Positions 1-8,913 of a stretch of 64,000 nucleotides of DNA are shown here, piece by piece. A program made the position numbers and the translations under genes. Under the pieces are notes generated by a model. The model was not told where the DNA came from. It saw nothing but the letters and a program-made list of their open reading frames with translations, and made no database searches. The DNA is from Clostridia bacterium (GTDB lineage: Bacteria; Bacillota; Clostridia; Christensenellales; JBMNLC01): NCBI GenBank assembly GCA_050952525.1, contig JBMNLC010000004.1:233862-297861 (forward strand), in the 5' to 3' direction. Position 1 is the stretch's first letter; every line of letters starts with the position of its first letter.

Positions 1-1
1 C

Positions 2-94
2 AAATATGCCATGCCGATTTGCAGCGAAGCGGAACCCGAACTTAAGGAAGTGTCCAAAGGTCATTTCTCAGCTTGTTTCCTGAATGAAAAATGA
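2..94 (+). CDS. ABC transporter ATP-binding protein, C-terminal fragment (Opp/Dpp type); 5' end lies outside the window
   Basis: Frame 2 reads KYAMPICSEAEPELKEVSKGHFSACFLNEK then TGA at 92-94. This is the typical Cys-containing C-terminal tail of OppD/OppF-type ATPases. Confidence 0.6.
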   Translation, partial: KYAMPICSEAEPELKEVSKGHFSACFLNEK

Positions 95-114
95 CAATTG
101 CGATAGACGCGATT

Positions 115-148
115 AACCCGGAAAGAGTATCTTTCCGGGTTATTTTTC
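115..148 (+). terminator. Rho-independent terminator
   Basis: Stem aacccggaaag / ctttccgggtt with a 5-nt loop, followed by atttttc. Confidence 0.7.
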
Positions 149-203
149 AGAGAAGTCCGTTTGCAAACGTTATTAAATGGTGCCGGTAGTAGCATCTGTC
201 ATG

Positions 204-716
204 CTAGCTGTACACACCCACAATTCGTATAAACCTGATTCTGTCCCAATAATATTCCCTTAGAGGGTAGTAGTATCTGTCTGTTGTGTGGGTATTGATC
301 AGTATATTATCGATAGTTGGAGGGTTTCCATGTTGGACTACGAACAGGGAATGACCAAAATCCCTGTCTTTATAAAAGGCCAGTTGGATAATATCACCGA
401 TCTCGATTTCGGAAACGTCAACCTCCTTGCCAAAAGGACCTGGGCTAATATAATTCCTTGTTAAATAACGATATAGAAAAGGCACTCCCGTCCATGCAGG
501 TGCCCGCCGGTTTAGGTTCACATAATACCAGCCTGTATCCTGGGTATAATCCATTACAAGGCTGCCGGCATACAAGCATTGGGAAATATAATTGGTACAA
601 TCTCCACCAATCTCTGAAAAATCATAATACGAAGGATTTCGCTTCAGAGCCCACTGATTGGCATATTGGAGTGCTTTTTCACGGTTGTAGGGCTTTATCA
701 AACGCTGGATACGCAT
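204..716 (-). CDS. Amidase-domain-containing protein (putative amidase domain family)
   Basis: 170-aa ORF. The N-terminal YNREKALQYANQWA...NPSYYDF...GGDCTNYISQCLYAG pattern is typical of the putative-amidase-domain family (Cys nucleophile in GDCTNF/Y). Confidence 0.6.
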   Translation of the reverse strand: MRIQRLIKPYNREKALQYANQWALKRNPSYYDFSEIGGDCTNYISQCLYAGSLVMDYTQDTGWYYVNLNRRAPAWTGVPFLYRYLTRNYISPGPFGKEVDVSEIEIGDIIQLAFYKDRDFGHSLFVVQHGNPPTIDNILINTHTTDRYYYPLREYYWDRIRFIRIVGVYS

Positions 717-853
717 TGAAAATCCTCCCCGGAATTAACTTATGTCATATAATTATGAGGGAAAGGGCAAAGAAGTGCATGAATTTCTATGCTTAAGTAA
801 GAAGGCATGACATCTGAGGATGCTATTTCCTGATTAGCAGGCATCAAAAATGG

Positions 854-882
854 TGGATTTTTTGTATGAACTGTGTTATAAT
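854..882 (+). promoter_or_regulatory. Candidate extended -10 promoter for tRNA-Arg
   Basis: TGtTATAAT at 874-882, 19 nt upstream of the mature tRNA 5' end. The -35 region (tggatt) is weak. Confidence 0.4.
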
Positions 883-900
883 GATTTTGTTAATCGCTAT

Positions 901-976
901 GCGTCTGTAGCTCAGTGGATAGAGTGTTCGACTCCGACTCGAAAGGTCGCAGGTTCGATCCCTGCCAGGCGCACCA
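901..976 (+). tRNA. tRNA-Arg (anticodon CCG)
   Basis: Hand-folded cloverleaf. Acceptor GCGTCTG/CAGGCGC, D-arm GCTC..GAGT, anticodon stem TTCGA/TCGAA with loop CTCCGAC (U33, CCG, A37), T-arm GCAGG TTCGATC CCTGC, encoded CCA. Confidence 0.95.
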
Positions 977-1014
977 AACCCGCTTACCGTCAAGGTAGGC
1001 GGGTTGTTTATTTT
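977..1014 (+). terminator. Rho-independent terminator after tRNA-Arg
   Basis: Stem aacccgcttacc / ggtaggcgggtt, loop gtcaa, then gtttatttt. Confidence 0.75.
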
Positions 1015-1099
1015 GAAGATGATTTTTCCTGGGGTGGCCGGAGTCATCACCCCTATCAAAATAATAAATCTGCATAAAAAGAATAAATTTTGATTGAGG

Positions 1100-1771
1100 T
1101 TAACACCTGCAAAATTGACATAACAGCTGTAAAAAACATAATTGCAAGCAAAGCCTTCCCATATCCACATTGGGCATGCCAAAACGCCTTGCGAAGTCCC
1201 CGTATGCTTGGCTTGGGAATTGAAGCCAATTCAGAAAAGCACGGTATTCCGGATTGTGGGGATCCATGGCGACCGCCCTTTGGGCATGCTCCAGGGCCTG
1301 TGCCCGATTTCCTATGCCTGCATTTGCAACGGCACTGTAATAGTACCAGCGGGCTGTGCGATCCTTAATGCTATGCAGCACATTCAGTGCTTCCGCATAC
1401 TGTCCATGATGTATATAACTAAGGGCTGCAGCCATATAGGGAGATTCATGGGGATCGTGACGGCTTTGCTGCCGGTAGCCGCCAAATGGGTCAAAATCAC
1501 CGAAGGGATCATAGCCTCCATACGGACCATGATGCCCTTGCTCAAAAGGACCCTGATTCTGGCGTGTAGAATCACCGGTATAGCCGGAGTGTTTTTTATT
1601 CATGATCTGATCATAAGCGGCATTGATCTCTTTCATTTTCTGTTCAGCGTATTTATCTCCCGGATTGGCATCAGGATGATACTTTCTGGCAAGTTTTCGG
1701 TATGCTCGCTTTATTTCATCATCCGTTGCAGTTAGAGGCACCCCTAGTACTTCATATGGGTCTTTTATCAT
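1100..1771 (-). CDS. J-domain (DnaJ-like) protein with Gly/Pro/Asp-rich linker, TPR-like region and Cys-rich hydrophobic C-terminus
   Basis: N-terminus DPYEVLGV...[12 protein letters not shown] is a canonical J domain with the HPD motif. The C-terminus is [17 protein letters not shown]. Confidence 0.85.
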   Translation of the reverse strand: MIKDPYEVLGVPLTATDDEIKRAYRKLARKYHPDANPGDKYAEQKMKEINAAYDQIMNKKHSGYTGDSTRQNQGPFEQGHHGPYGGYDPFGDFDPFGGYRQQSRHDPHESPYMAAALSYIHHGQYAEALNVLHSIKDRTARWYYYSAVANAGIGNRAQALEHAQRAVAMDPHNPEYRAFLNWLQFPSQAYGDFARRFGMPNVDMGRLCLQLCFLQLLCQFCRC

Positions 1772-1774
1772 TTC

Positions 1775-2611
1775 TTAATTCCTTTCACTGCCGTTTTTCT
1801 CCTTTTGAATATGTATATATTTCGTCCATACGCCTGAATATAGGATGTTTATTAGAATTTCATTGTCCTGTATGATGGGCAATTTTTCAAACTCCATAGC
1901 ACACTCACTGATAAACAGTGTCAGAATATCTTTGCATCGCTCTTCGAAATAATCCTCTTCATACATTGTCCGTAAGGGGTTGTAGCGCTGTTTTTGGATA
2001 TCATCCTTTATATCCTCATAAGCATCCATCGTATAAATGAATCTGCCCAGTGCCGCTGCCATGCGGCGCAGGGTAGGAGCCCAGTTATCCTCCTGAAAAA
2101 CAAACAGTTCGCTCATTAAGCTGCCAAAACAATTTGCAGCGGTATCCAAGTCATAATTTTCTTTCCTTTCAAGAATCCTCAACTCATTCAAGCTTCGTAT
2201 AATTGTATCGCATTGTCGTGGGTACTTGATTTTCAGCCTCTCATATCTCTTCTTCAGCATCTTTGCAGCGGCATAGCTCAGTATGTTTTTCTCATCCTGC
2301 CAGTCATCAAGTAATTTATGATAGGCAAGAACAATATTCATATCCGCAGCGTAGGCCGTAAATTGATTATACCAATACTGATGTTGCTTAGTAGGATGCA
2401 CCAAACACCGTTCGCTCCCATTCACATTGTCGGGTTCATATAAAGAAGCTAAGAGCAGGATCAGAAAAGTCATGTCATAAGTAAGGGTCATACGACCGGT
2501 TTGCCCAAAGCGCTTCCCTAAGGTTCTACATAAGCCGCAGTAGCACGACTGATAGCGCTGTAATGCGTCCGGCTCCAAAGCTTCCTTATTTGCAACCACA
2601 TAACCAAACAT
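1775..2611 (-). CDS. DUF5685-family protein (uncharacterised)
   Basis: 278 aa. The N-terminus MFGYV...YQSCYCGLCRTLGKRFG...LTYDMTFLILLL matches my memory of the DUF5685 signature. It sits 3 nt downstream of the J-domain gene. Confidence 0.6.
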   Translation of the reverse strand: MFGYVVANKEALEPDALQRYQSCYCGLCRTLGKRFGQTGRMTLTYDMTFLILLLASLYEPDNVNGSERCLVHPTKQHQYWYNQFTAYAADMNIVLAYHKLLDDWQDEKNILSYAAAKMLKKRYERLKIKYPRQCDTIIRSLNELRILERKENYDLDTAANCFGSLMSELFVFQEDNWAPTLRRMAAALGRFIYTMDAYEDIKDDIQKQRYNPLRTMYEEDYFEERCKDILTLFISECAMEFEKLPIIQDNEILINILYSGVWTKYIHIQKEKNGSERN

Positions 2612-2623
2612 AGCATCATCCCA

Positions 2624-3028
2624 TTAGGTTTTTTTAATAAAAGTATTTCCGCATTTAGGGCAGGATATTTTTATTTTTCCCTTGCCTTTCGGCACGCGAA
2701 CGGTAATACCGCATTGGAAACATTTGAAAAAGCGGTGGGTTTTTCGTTGAACAAGCATATCCTTTTTTCGGCGGAACCAAGAAATGCACTGATTTCTCCA
2801 TTGAAGGTATCTCAGGTTTTCCTGATATCGCTTATAGGTATTTCTTGAGAACATGCGATAATAGGTATATATCAAACATGCAATTGCAAGGTACCATAAT
2901 ACTGCCCCCAATCTATTCTTAACAATCATTCCTATGAAAAATACAATCAAACTGACAACAGATAAGAATCTGCCCAACTGGTCCGCTCCGTATCTTCCCC
3001 TCATAAAGTTGAGAAACCGTTCTTTCAT
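2624..3028 (-). CDS. Small membrane protein with C-terminal zinc ribbon
   Basis: Start moved to ATG 3028 (MKERFLNF), preceded by GAGGTG. Two hydrophobic helices, then CFQCG...CPKCG (CxxC x2). Confidence 0.65.
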   Translation of the reverse strand: MKERFLNFMRGRYGADQLGRFLSVVSLIVFFIGMIVKNRLGAVLWYLAIACLIYTYYRMFSRNTYKRYQENLRYLQWRNQCISWFRRKKDMLVQRKTHRFFKCFQCGITVRVPKGKGKIKISCPKCGNTFIKKT

Positions 3029-3230
3029 TTGTTGCACCTCGATCATTCTTTTATTATATAAGTTTATTTTATGCCCTCTGATTTGATTATTGCAAGCCTT
3101 TTTGTATTTGAAGCAGTATGAGGATAGCTTTCGTAAACCTATAGCAGGGTATCTTATATTATATAATATAAATGTGAACACAGTATGAACATAATTTGAA
3201 CTGCACGTGGGAAGGCTGTCGCTGCACGGC

Positions 3231-3259
3231 TTGACATTAATAGACAGCTATATTAGGAT
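3231..3259 (+). promoter_or_regulatory. Candidate sigma-A promoter upstream of the Rsm22-like gene
   Basis: TTGACA (3231-3236), 17-nt spacer, TAGGAT (3254-3259). Confidence 0.35.
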
Positions 3260-3369
3260 GGGAAAAAGAAGTCATTGCTCCTATATTAAGGTTTTGTTTT
3301 GCCAATGTTTATATACAGTAAATAGATGGAAATAATATAGAGGAATTCAGCGTAGGGAGGAGAATCCTC

Positions 3370-4347
3370 GTGGAGCTTCCATTGAGTCTGCAAACTGCCA
3401 TCGAGCAGGAGATGGAACAGCGATCAACAAAGAAACTTGCTGTACTGGCCATGGAAATTTCTGAAGGATACCGATCTGGTGTCCCCTTCAACAAAGGAAG
3501 ATATATACGATCTGAGGAAGACGTATTGGCATATGTATCGTACCGGCTGCCTGCAACATATGCTGCGGCATATTCGGCAATCAACCGGACCAGGGAGCGT
3601 TTTCCTGACTGGAGCCCCAAAACGATGCTGGATGTGGGAGCCGGTCCCGGTACGGCTATGTGGGCAGTGTCGGCGACATGGGATGGTTTGGAGGGCATTA
3701 CCCTGCTGGAGCGGGATGAAAATATGATAGCCTTTGGTAAACGCTTGTCTCAGTATTCACCTGATACCTCCATCCGTCAGGCAAGATGGATAAAGACGAA
3801 TATCACCAAAGAATGGGATATGTCTCCCCATGATTTGGTGATTGCTTCGTACGTTCTGAATGAACTGCCCCAGGTAAAAAGAGAAGCCTTTATACAACAA
3901 CTTTGGGAGAAAGCGAGGGATCTCCTGATCATTATTGAGCCCGGTACACAAACGGGTTTTCAACGAATCTATCAGGCCAAAAAGCAATTGCTGGCTTTAG
4001 GAGCCAAGATGGTGGCACCATGTCCCCATGAAAGACCTTGTCCGTTGCCTGAAGATGATTGGTGCCACTTTTCACAGCGATTGGCCCGAACAAAACTTCA
4101 TCGAACGGTAAAGGGCGGAGAATTAGCTTATGAGGATGAAAAGTTTAGCTTCCTTTCCATGGCCCGGACAAGGAAGGGAACAGCTATTCCGGGCTTGGTG
4201 ATACGCCATCCGCAGATTCGGAAAGGACATATCGCGCTGCGTCTATGCACACCCGATGGGATTAAAAATACCGTCGTGACACGAAAGGATAAGGGGAATT
4301 TCAGAAAAGCCCGTGAGCTACGCTGGGGTTCCGTTTTACGGGTATGA
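3370..4347 (+). CDS. Rsm22-family SAM-dependent methyltransferase
   Basis: 325 aa, GTG start after GGGAGGAG. Contains YVSYRLPATYAA, the SAM motif LDVGAGPGT and a C-terminal CPHERPCP cluster, as in bacterial Rsm22-like proteins. Confidence 0.75.
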   Translation: MELPLSLQTAIEQEMEQRSTKKLAVLAMEISEGYRSGVPFNKGRYIRSEEDVLAYVSYRLPATYAAAYSAINRTRERFPDWSPKTMLDVGAGPGTAMWAVSATWDGLEGITLLERDENMIAFGKRLSQYSPDTSIRQARWIKTNITKEWDMSPHDLVIASYVLNELPQVKREAFIQQLWEKARDLLIIIEPGTQTGFQRIYQAKKQLLALGAKMVAPCPHERPCPLPEDDWCHFSQRLARTKLHRTVKGGELAYEDEKFSFLSMARTRKGTAIPGLVIRHPQIRKGHIALRLCTPDGIKNTVVTRKDKGNFRKARELRWGSVLRV

Positions 4348-4389
4348 TTTCATATTTTCTTCTAAATCGTTTGAGAAAGGCTGTTGAAA

Positions 4390-5430
4390 ATGGAGCATAT
4401 GGAGCATCCACCCATTTATATGGTGACGGTTGTGCCAGGACTGGAACATATTGCCATGCAGGAAATGCAGGGGAGATTTCCGACATTGGAAGTTGTAAAG
4501 CAGCTAAGGGGGAAGGTGTTTTTCTATTATACCGGCAACTACAAGGATCTCCTGCTTCTAAAATGTATTGAGAATTTGTATCTATATCTGGATAGTTTTC
4601 ATATAGGGCCCCATAAGGCGGATTTACCGGAGCTTTCAAAGAAAATAAAAAATCTCCGTATCCCTTCAAGCATCACAAGAATGCTGCATCCGGATAAGGT
4701 CAGTCCCCCAAAAATTATGGTGAGTGCAAGTCGTTCCGGAAAGCACACCTTCAGCAGATTTGATGTAGCAAGGATTGTCTTAAATGCGCTGGTTGATTGT
4801 TTTCCTTTTCAGGAAGGTACCGTTGAACAGCATGACATTGCCTTCAGAGTGGATGTCGAGGGGGACAGGGCATATATACACATAAAGTTGACCCCTGCGT
4901 CCTTCCGCTTTCGAGGTCGGAATAAGGAGTTTCTTTCAGGGGCTTTGAAGGCCACGGTAGCCCATGCAATGGTTTTAGTCTCCGAGCCGGATGAAACAGA
5001 TGTTTTCCTTGACCCCTTTTGCGGCACGGGTACCATTCCATATGAAAGATCATTCTATGATGCATACGCGATCCTGGCAAGCGATTCCTCCCAGGAAAGG
5101 CTTGAGGTCGCCAAGCGCAATCTGCCGGATTATATTGGTATGAATTGCTGGGATGCATGCCATACAGAACTGCCAGATCATTCGGTAACCAAGATTGTAT
5201 CGAATTTGCCATGGGGAAAGCAGATCACAGTGGACGACATTGGCAGTTTATATCTCAACTTTTTAAGGGAAGCCGGGAGAATCCTCGCCCCAAAGGGAAA
5301 AATCGTCTTGTTAACCGACCGGGAGGATTTATTAGTCAAAGGAGCAAAAAAGAATCATTTCAGGATGAAGAAAATTACTACTCTGAGTCTTCATGGTATG
5401 CATCCTTCCATATTTCTGCTGGAGAAGTAA
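4390..5430 (+). CDS. THUMP-domain class I SAM-dependent RNA methyltransferase
   Basis: Motifs DPFCGTGTI (SAM binding) and SNLPWG (NPPY-like) sit after an N-terminal THUMP-like region. An alternative TTG start lies at 4384. Confidence 0.75.
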   Translation: MEHMEHPPIYMVTVVPGLEHIAMQEMQGRFPTLEVVKQLRGKVFFYYTGNYKDLLLLKCIENLYLYLDSFHIGPHKADLPELSKKIKNLRIPSSITRMLHPDKVSPPKIMVSASRSGKHTFSRFDVARIVLNALVDCFPFQEGTVEQHDIAFRVDVEGDRAYIHIKLTPASFRFRGRNKEFLSGALKATVAHAMVLVSEPDETDVFLDPFCGTGTIPYERSFYDAYAILASDSSQERLEVAKRNLPDYIGMNCWDACHTELPDHSVTKIVSNLPWGKQITVDDIGSLYLNFLREAGRILAPKGKIVLLTDREDLLVKGAKKNHFRMKKITTLSLHGMHPSIFLLEK

Positions 5431-5556
5431 TTTATATGTTTTTTTGTGAGAATATCGAGATATGATATAATATATCCATTGACAGATAGCCTATATACAT
5501 ATGCTGTATTCGATCGTTGTAAGGAATGGGATAACGGAAATAGGGAGGTCCTGGTC

Positions 5557-6033
5557 TTGAATCCAGCAGCTTATGAGATCCTTGCTTTAGCGGCGAGGTA
5601 CTGGTTTGTTTTTCTCATTGGTTATATCTTGTTTCGCATTATAGAGAATTCCTATACGGAATATCAATATGAAAGGAGCCTTAAACAGGGACAGGAAGCT
5701 GTAAAGAAGCGTTATTTGGGTGTTCTCAAAATCATATCTGTCGCAGATAAGCGTGATGAAATGCTTGGACAAAAGTTTTTTCTTACCAGGGAAAACGTCA
5801 TAGGGAGATCCCAAAAAAGTGACCTGGTGATTTCCCATCCCACCGTATCGAATACCCATGCCGAGATCTATCAAAAGCGGGGGAACCTATATATTCAGGA
5901 TCTTCAAAGTAAAAATGGCACTTTTCTAAATAATAAAAGAATAAAAAAGAGACAAGTCCTCCAATCAGGAGATATTTTACAGTTGGGAGGAGTTCGCTTA
6001 TCCGTAACCTTGAATGAACAGAATGTAAGGTGA
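5557..6033 (+). CDS. FHA-domain membrane protein
   Basis: C-terminal FHA signature GRSQKSDLVISHPTVSNTHAEI...SKNGTFLN, with one TM helix upstream. I prefer TTG 5557 (GGGAGG 8 nt upstream) over the track start GTG 5446. Confidence 0.7.
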   Translation: MNPAAYEILALAARYWFVFLIGYILFRIIENSYTEYQYERSLKQGQEAVKKRYLGVLKIISVADKRDEMLGQKFFLTRENVIGRSQKSDLVISHPTVSNTHAEIYQKRGNLYIQDLQSKNGTFLNNKRIKKRQVLQSGDILQLGGVRLSVTLNEQNVR

Positions 6034-6037
6034 TATT

Positions 6038-7294
6038 ATGCAGATATTAAACCGCCCCAGCGCAGCGGGCTTGTTATTCCTTATCATTGTTTTCAATCTT
6101 TCGGCCTTCGCAGTGATGGCTCTGCGATCCGAAATCTTTGATGTAATGGCTATAGTGATAGGTGTCCTCATCAGTTTACTGCTTCTTTTTCAGTATTTTT
6201 TACTTACGAGTTTTTTTCGCTATGTAGATCGGTACGTATTGATTATTGCGAACATCCTTGCGGATATAGGTTTTATTATCCAATATCGTTTAAATCCGGA
6301 TACAGCCCTACGGCAGATCCAGTGGTTTGGAGTCGGGATGGTTGTAATGGTTGTCGCTTTGGTATTGGTAAAGAACTTTTCAATATGGGACAGGTACGTA
6401 TACTTCTATATGGCAGCGGGAATTGCATTGCTCATTTTAAGTCTGGTCTTCGGGAAGGAAATATATGGTGCGAAAAACTGGATACGTATTGGCGGCATCC
6501 AATTTCAGCCATCGGAATTTGTAAAGGTTCTTCTTATTTTCATTCTGGCAGGCAGCATGAAGGAAAAAAAACGGGTGAGAGAGTTGTGGCCAATGGGCGC
6601 TTTCGTAGCTATAGCCGTTATATTATTGGTGCTGCAGCGGGATCTGGGTGCTGCCCTTTTGTATTTCCTTACCTTCATCATTACAGTTTATATTGGCACT
6701 TCCAATATTCTCGTTACGGCTGCCGGACTGATGGCCGCAGGGGCTGGGGCTGTACTAAGCTATCATTTGTTTAGCCACGTGCGTGTACGGGTAAATATCT
6801 GGCAGGATCCATGGTCGGATATCAGCGGCACGGGATATCAAATTGCCCAGTCTCTTATGGCGATTGCCAGCGGCGGCTTGTTTGGATTGGGCTTGCATCA
6901 AGGAACACCGAAAATTATACCGGCTTACCATACGGATTTTATTTTTGCTGTGATCTGTGAGGAATTTGGTATTTTGATTGGCATTGCCATTATTGCATTT
7001 TATGTACTCCTGGTCATTAGGGGAGGCCTTATCGCATTTAATGCAAAGAACAGGTTTCATGCTATTTTAGCTTTTGGCTGTACTTGCATCATTACCCTTC
7101 AAAGCTTTATCATCATAGGCGGTGTCATCAAAATGATACCTCTTACCGGTATTACCCTCCCTTTTATCAGCTATGGAGGCAGTTCGATGGTTGTCAATAT
7201 GGCTTTGATCGGCATCCTCGAAGCAGTCGCGATACACAATGGATTGACTGAGGAGAAGGAAAGGGAGAGACTGCTGGAAGAGGTGATCGAATGA
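6038..7294 (+). CDS. FtsW/RodA/SpoVE (SEDS) family peptidoglycan glycosyltransferase
   Basis: 418 aa, polytopic. Contains the family motifs QPSEFVK, LLVLQRDLGAALL and TGITLPFISYGGSS. Confidence 0.9.
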   Translation: MQILNRPSAAGLLFLIIVFNLSAFAVMALRSEIFDVMAIVIGVLISLLLLFQYFLLTSFFRYVDRYVLIIANILADIGFIIQYRLNPDTALRQIQWFGVGMVVMVVALVLVKNFSIWDRYVYFYMAAGIALLILSLVFGKEIYGAKNWIRIGGIQFQPSEFVKVLLIFILAGSMKEKKRVRELWPMGAFVAIAVILLVLQRDLGAALLYFLTFIITVYIGTSNILVTAAGLMAAGAGAVLSYHLFSHVRVRVNIWQDPWSDISGTGYQIAQSLMAIASGGLFGLGLHQGTPKIIPAYHTDFIFAVICEEFGILIGIAIIAFYVLLVIRGGLIAFNAKNRFHAILAFGCTCIITLQSFIIIGGVIKMIPLTGITLPFISYGGSSMVVNMALIGILEAVAIHNGLTEEKERERLLEEVIE

Positions 7295-8754
7295 AGGAAC
7301 TGAGGCGCAATATCTTTATCATCCTCGCTGTCTTTGTAGCCGCTTTTCTGTTTCTTATAGGTAATTTTTCATATGCTGTCTACTTCTATGGTGGACGATG
7401 GTTTGAAAACTCATATAATGTACGAATACAATCGGAGAAGAAAAAAGTCATAACGGGAACCATATATGACCGTAATGGAGAATTGCTGGCTGTGACAAAA
7501 CAGGACAAGTCCGGTGAAGCTTTTCGTTATTATCCTAACGGTGCAGCCACCGTTCATGTGGTTGGTTATGACCATCCAAAATATGGGAGGGCAGGTGCCG
7601 AAGCATTTTTTGCCCGTTATTTACTTGGTTTTGATAACAATATCATAGAGAGGATCTACCAGACCCTTTTTCTGTATGAGCGGAAAGGCAACAATGTTGT
7701 TCTCACAATAGATTCGCGATTACAGAAGGATGTTCATAAGCTGTTGACAAAAAAGAAGTATCAGGGTGCTGTGGTCGTTTTGAACGCAAGAACGGGAGAA
7801 ATATTGACCATGGTCAGCAGACCCGATTTTAACCCTAACGAATTGGAAGAGGTATTCTCTGATGTAAGCAAAAAGGAAAAGGAGAACCAAACGGATGGGC
7901 GTTTCCTGAATCGAGCCACCCAGGGCTATTATACACCTGGCTCCATCTTTAAAATCATCACAGCTGCTTCTGCCATCAGGTATAAAGAGGATGTTCAAAA
8001 TGAAATCTATAATTGCGACGGGAAACTGGAAGTCAACGGCCAAGTGATTCGTGATTATAATAAGGAAAAGCACGGCAAGATCAATCTGAAAAATGCTTTT
8101 TCCCTTTCGTGCAATTCAACCTTTGCCGAACTGGGTCTTGAGCTGGGCCGAACCCGCTTGAAGAAAACAGCCGAGGATTTTGGTTTCAATGAGGAGTTTC
8201 TGTTTAATGATGTACGAATGGGCAAAAGCAAATTTGACCCTGCAACGGATGCAGGAGAGGATGAACTCGCTTGGGCAGCCATAGGGCAAGCAGAAGATAT
8301 TGTCACTCCTCTTCATATGGCAATGATAGCCGGCAGCATCGTGAATGACGGCATCATGATGGAACCCAAGCTGTTAAAGAGCGTTGTGAATATCCGGGGA
8401 TATCAGGTAAAGACTTTTAAAGCTCATTCCTACAAGCGGACCGTTTCCCAGGAAATTGCCGCTATACTTCAGGACATGATGGAGGAGGTTGTGAAGACGG
8501 GAACGGGCAAATCATTAAAGCCCCAAAGATATGCGAATCTGAAAGAACTGAGTATTGGTGGCAAGACAGGAACGGCTGAAGTTGGTGAAGGGAAGAAAAA
8601 GAAGAATTACGCATGGTATGTGGGTTTTGGAGATGACGGTCAAGATCCCCTTGCCATTGCCATTGTTTTGGAGGACGTGAAGGGAACAGGAGGGAAGGAA
8701 GCCGCTCCTTTGGCGGGCGAAATCCTGAATAAAGCAATCGGCTACTTAAAATAG
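7291..8754 (+). CDS. Class B penicillin-binding protein (PBP2-type transpeptidase)
   Basis: Motifs SxxK (TPGSIFK), SCN (SLSCNS) and KTGT (GKTGTAEV). ATGA overlap with the SEDS gene. Confidence 0.9.
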   Translation: MKELRRNIFIILAVFVAAFLFLIGNFSYAVYFYGGRWFENSYNVRIQSEKKKVITGTIYDRNGELLAVTKQDKSGEAFRYYPNGAATVHVVGYDHPKYGRAGAEAFFARYLLGFDNNIIERIYQTLFLYERKGNNVVLTIDSRLQKDVHKLLTKKKYQGAVVVLNARTGEILTMVSRPDFNPNELEEVFSDVSKKEKENQTDGRFLNRATQGYYTPGSIFKIITAASAIRYKEDVQNEIYNCDGKLEVNGQVIRDYNKEKHGKINLKNAFSLSCNSTFAELGLELGRTRLKKTAEDFGFNEEFLFNDVRMGKSKFDPATDAGEDELAWAAIGQAEDIVTPLHMAMIAGSIVNDGIMMEPKLLKSVVNIRGYQVKTFKAHSYKRTVSQEIAAILQDMMEEVVKTGTGKSLKPQRYANLKELSIGGKTGTAEVGEGKKKKNYAWYVGFGDDGQDPLAIAIVLEDVKGTGGKEAAPLAGEILNKAIGYLK

Positions 8755-8771
8755 GATGGCGAATAAACCTC

Positions 8772-8803
8772 AAACCCCCTTTTTTGACAGGGGGTTTTCT
8801 GTT
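8772..8803 (+). terminator. Rho-independent terminator after the PBP gene
   Basis: aaccccct / agggggtt stem followed by ttttctgtt. Confidence 0.7.
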
Positions 8804-8848
8804 AATCTCTTTCGTGCTATAAAAAAGAGCTTTTGCTATAATAAAAAA

Positions 8849-8913
8849 GACGTGCTATGAAAAGTCAACAAATATTTAATTGTTCTTTGACAGCCACATA
8901 GAGATTCTGGTAC
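8849..8913. repeat. Left arm of an imperfect ~60-bp inverted repeat flanking the IS110 transposase
   Basis: gacgtgctatgaaaagtcaac...tctttgacagccacatagagattctggtac aligns to the reverse complement of 10352-10410. The innermost 29 nt differ at 3 positions. Confidence 0.75.

Noticed and set aside
844-1182. ORFs 844-1182(-), 850-1077(+) and 890-1075(-) from the ORF track
   Set aside because: They overlap the tRNA-Arg gene and its terminator. None has an RBS, and their translations are low-complexity.
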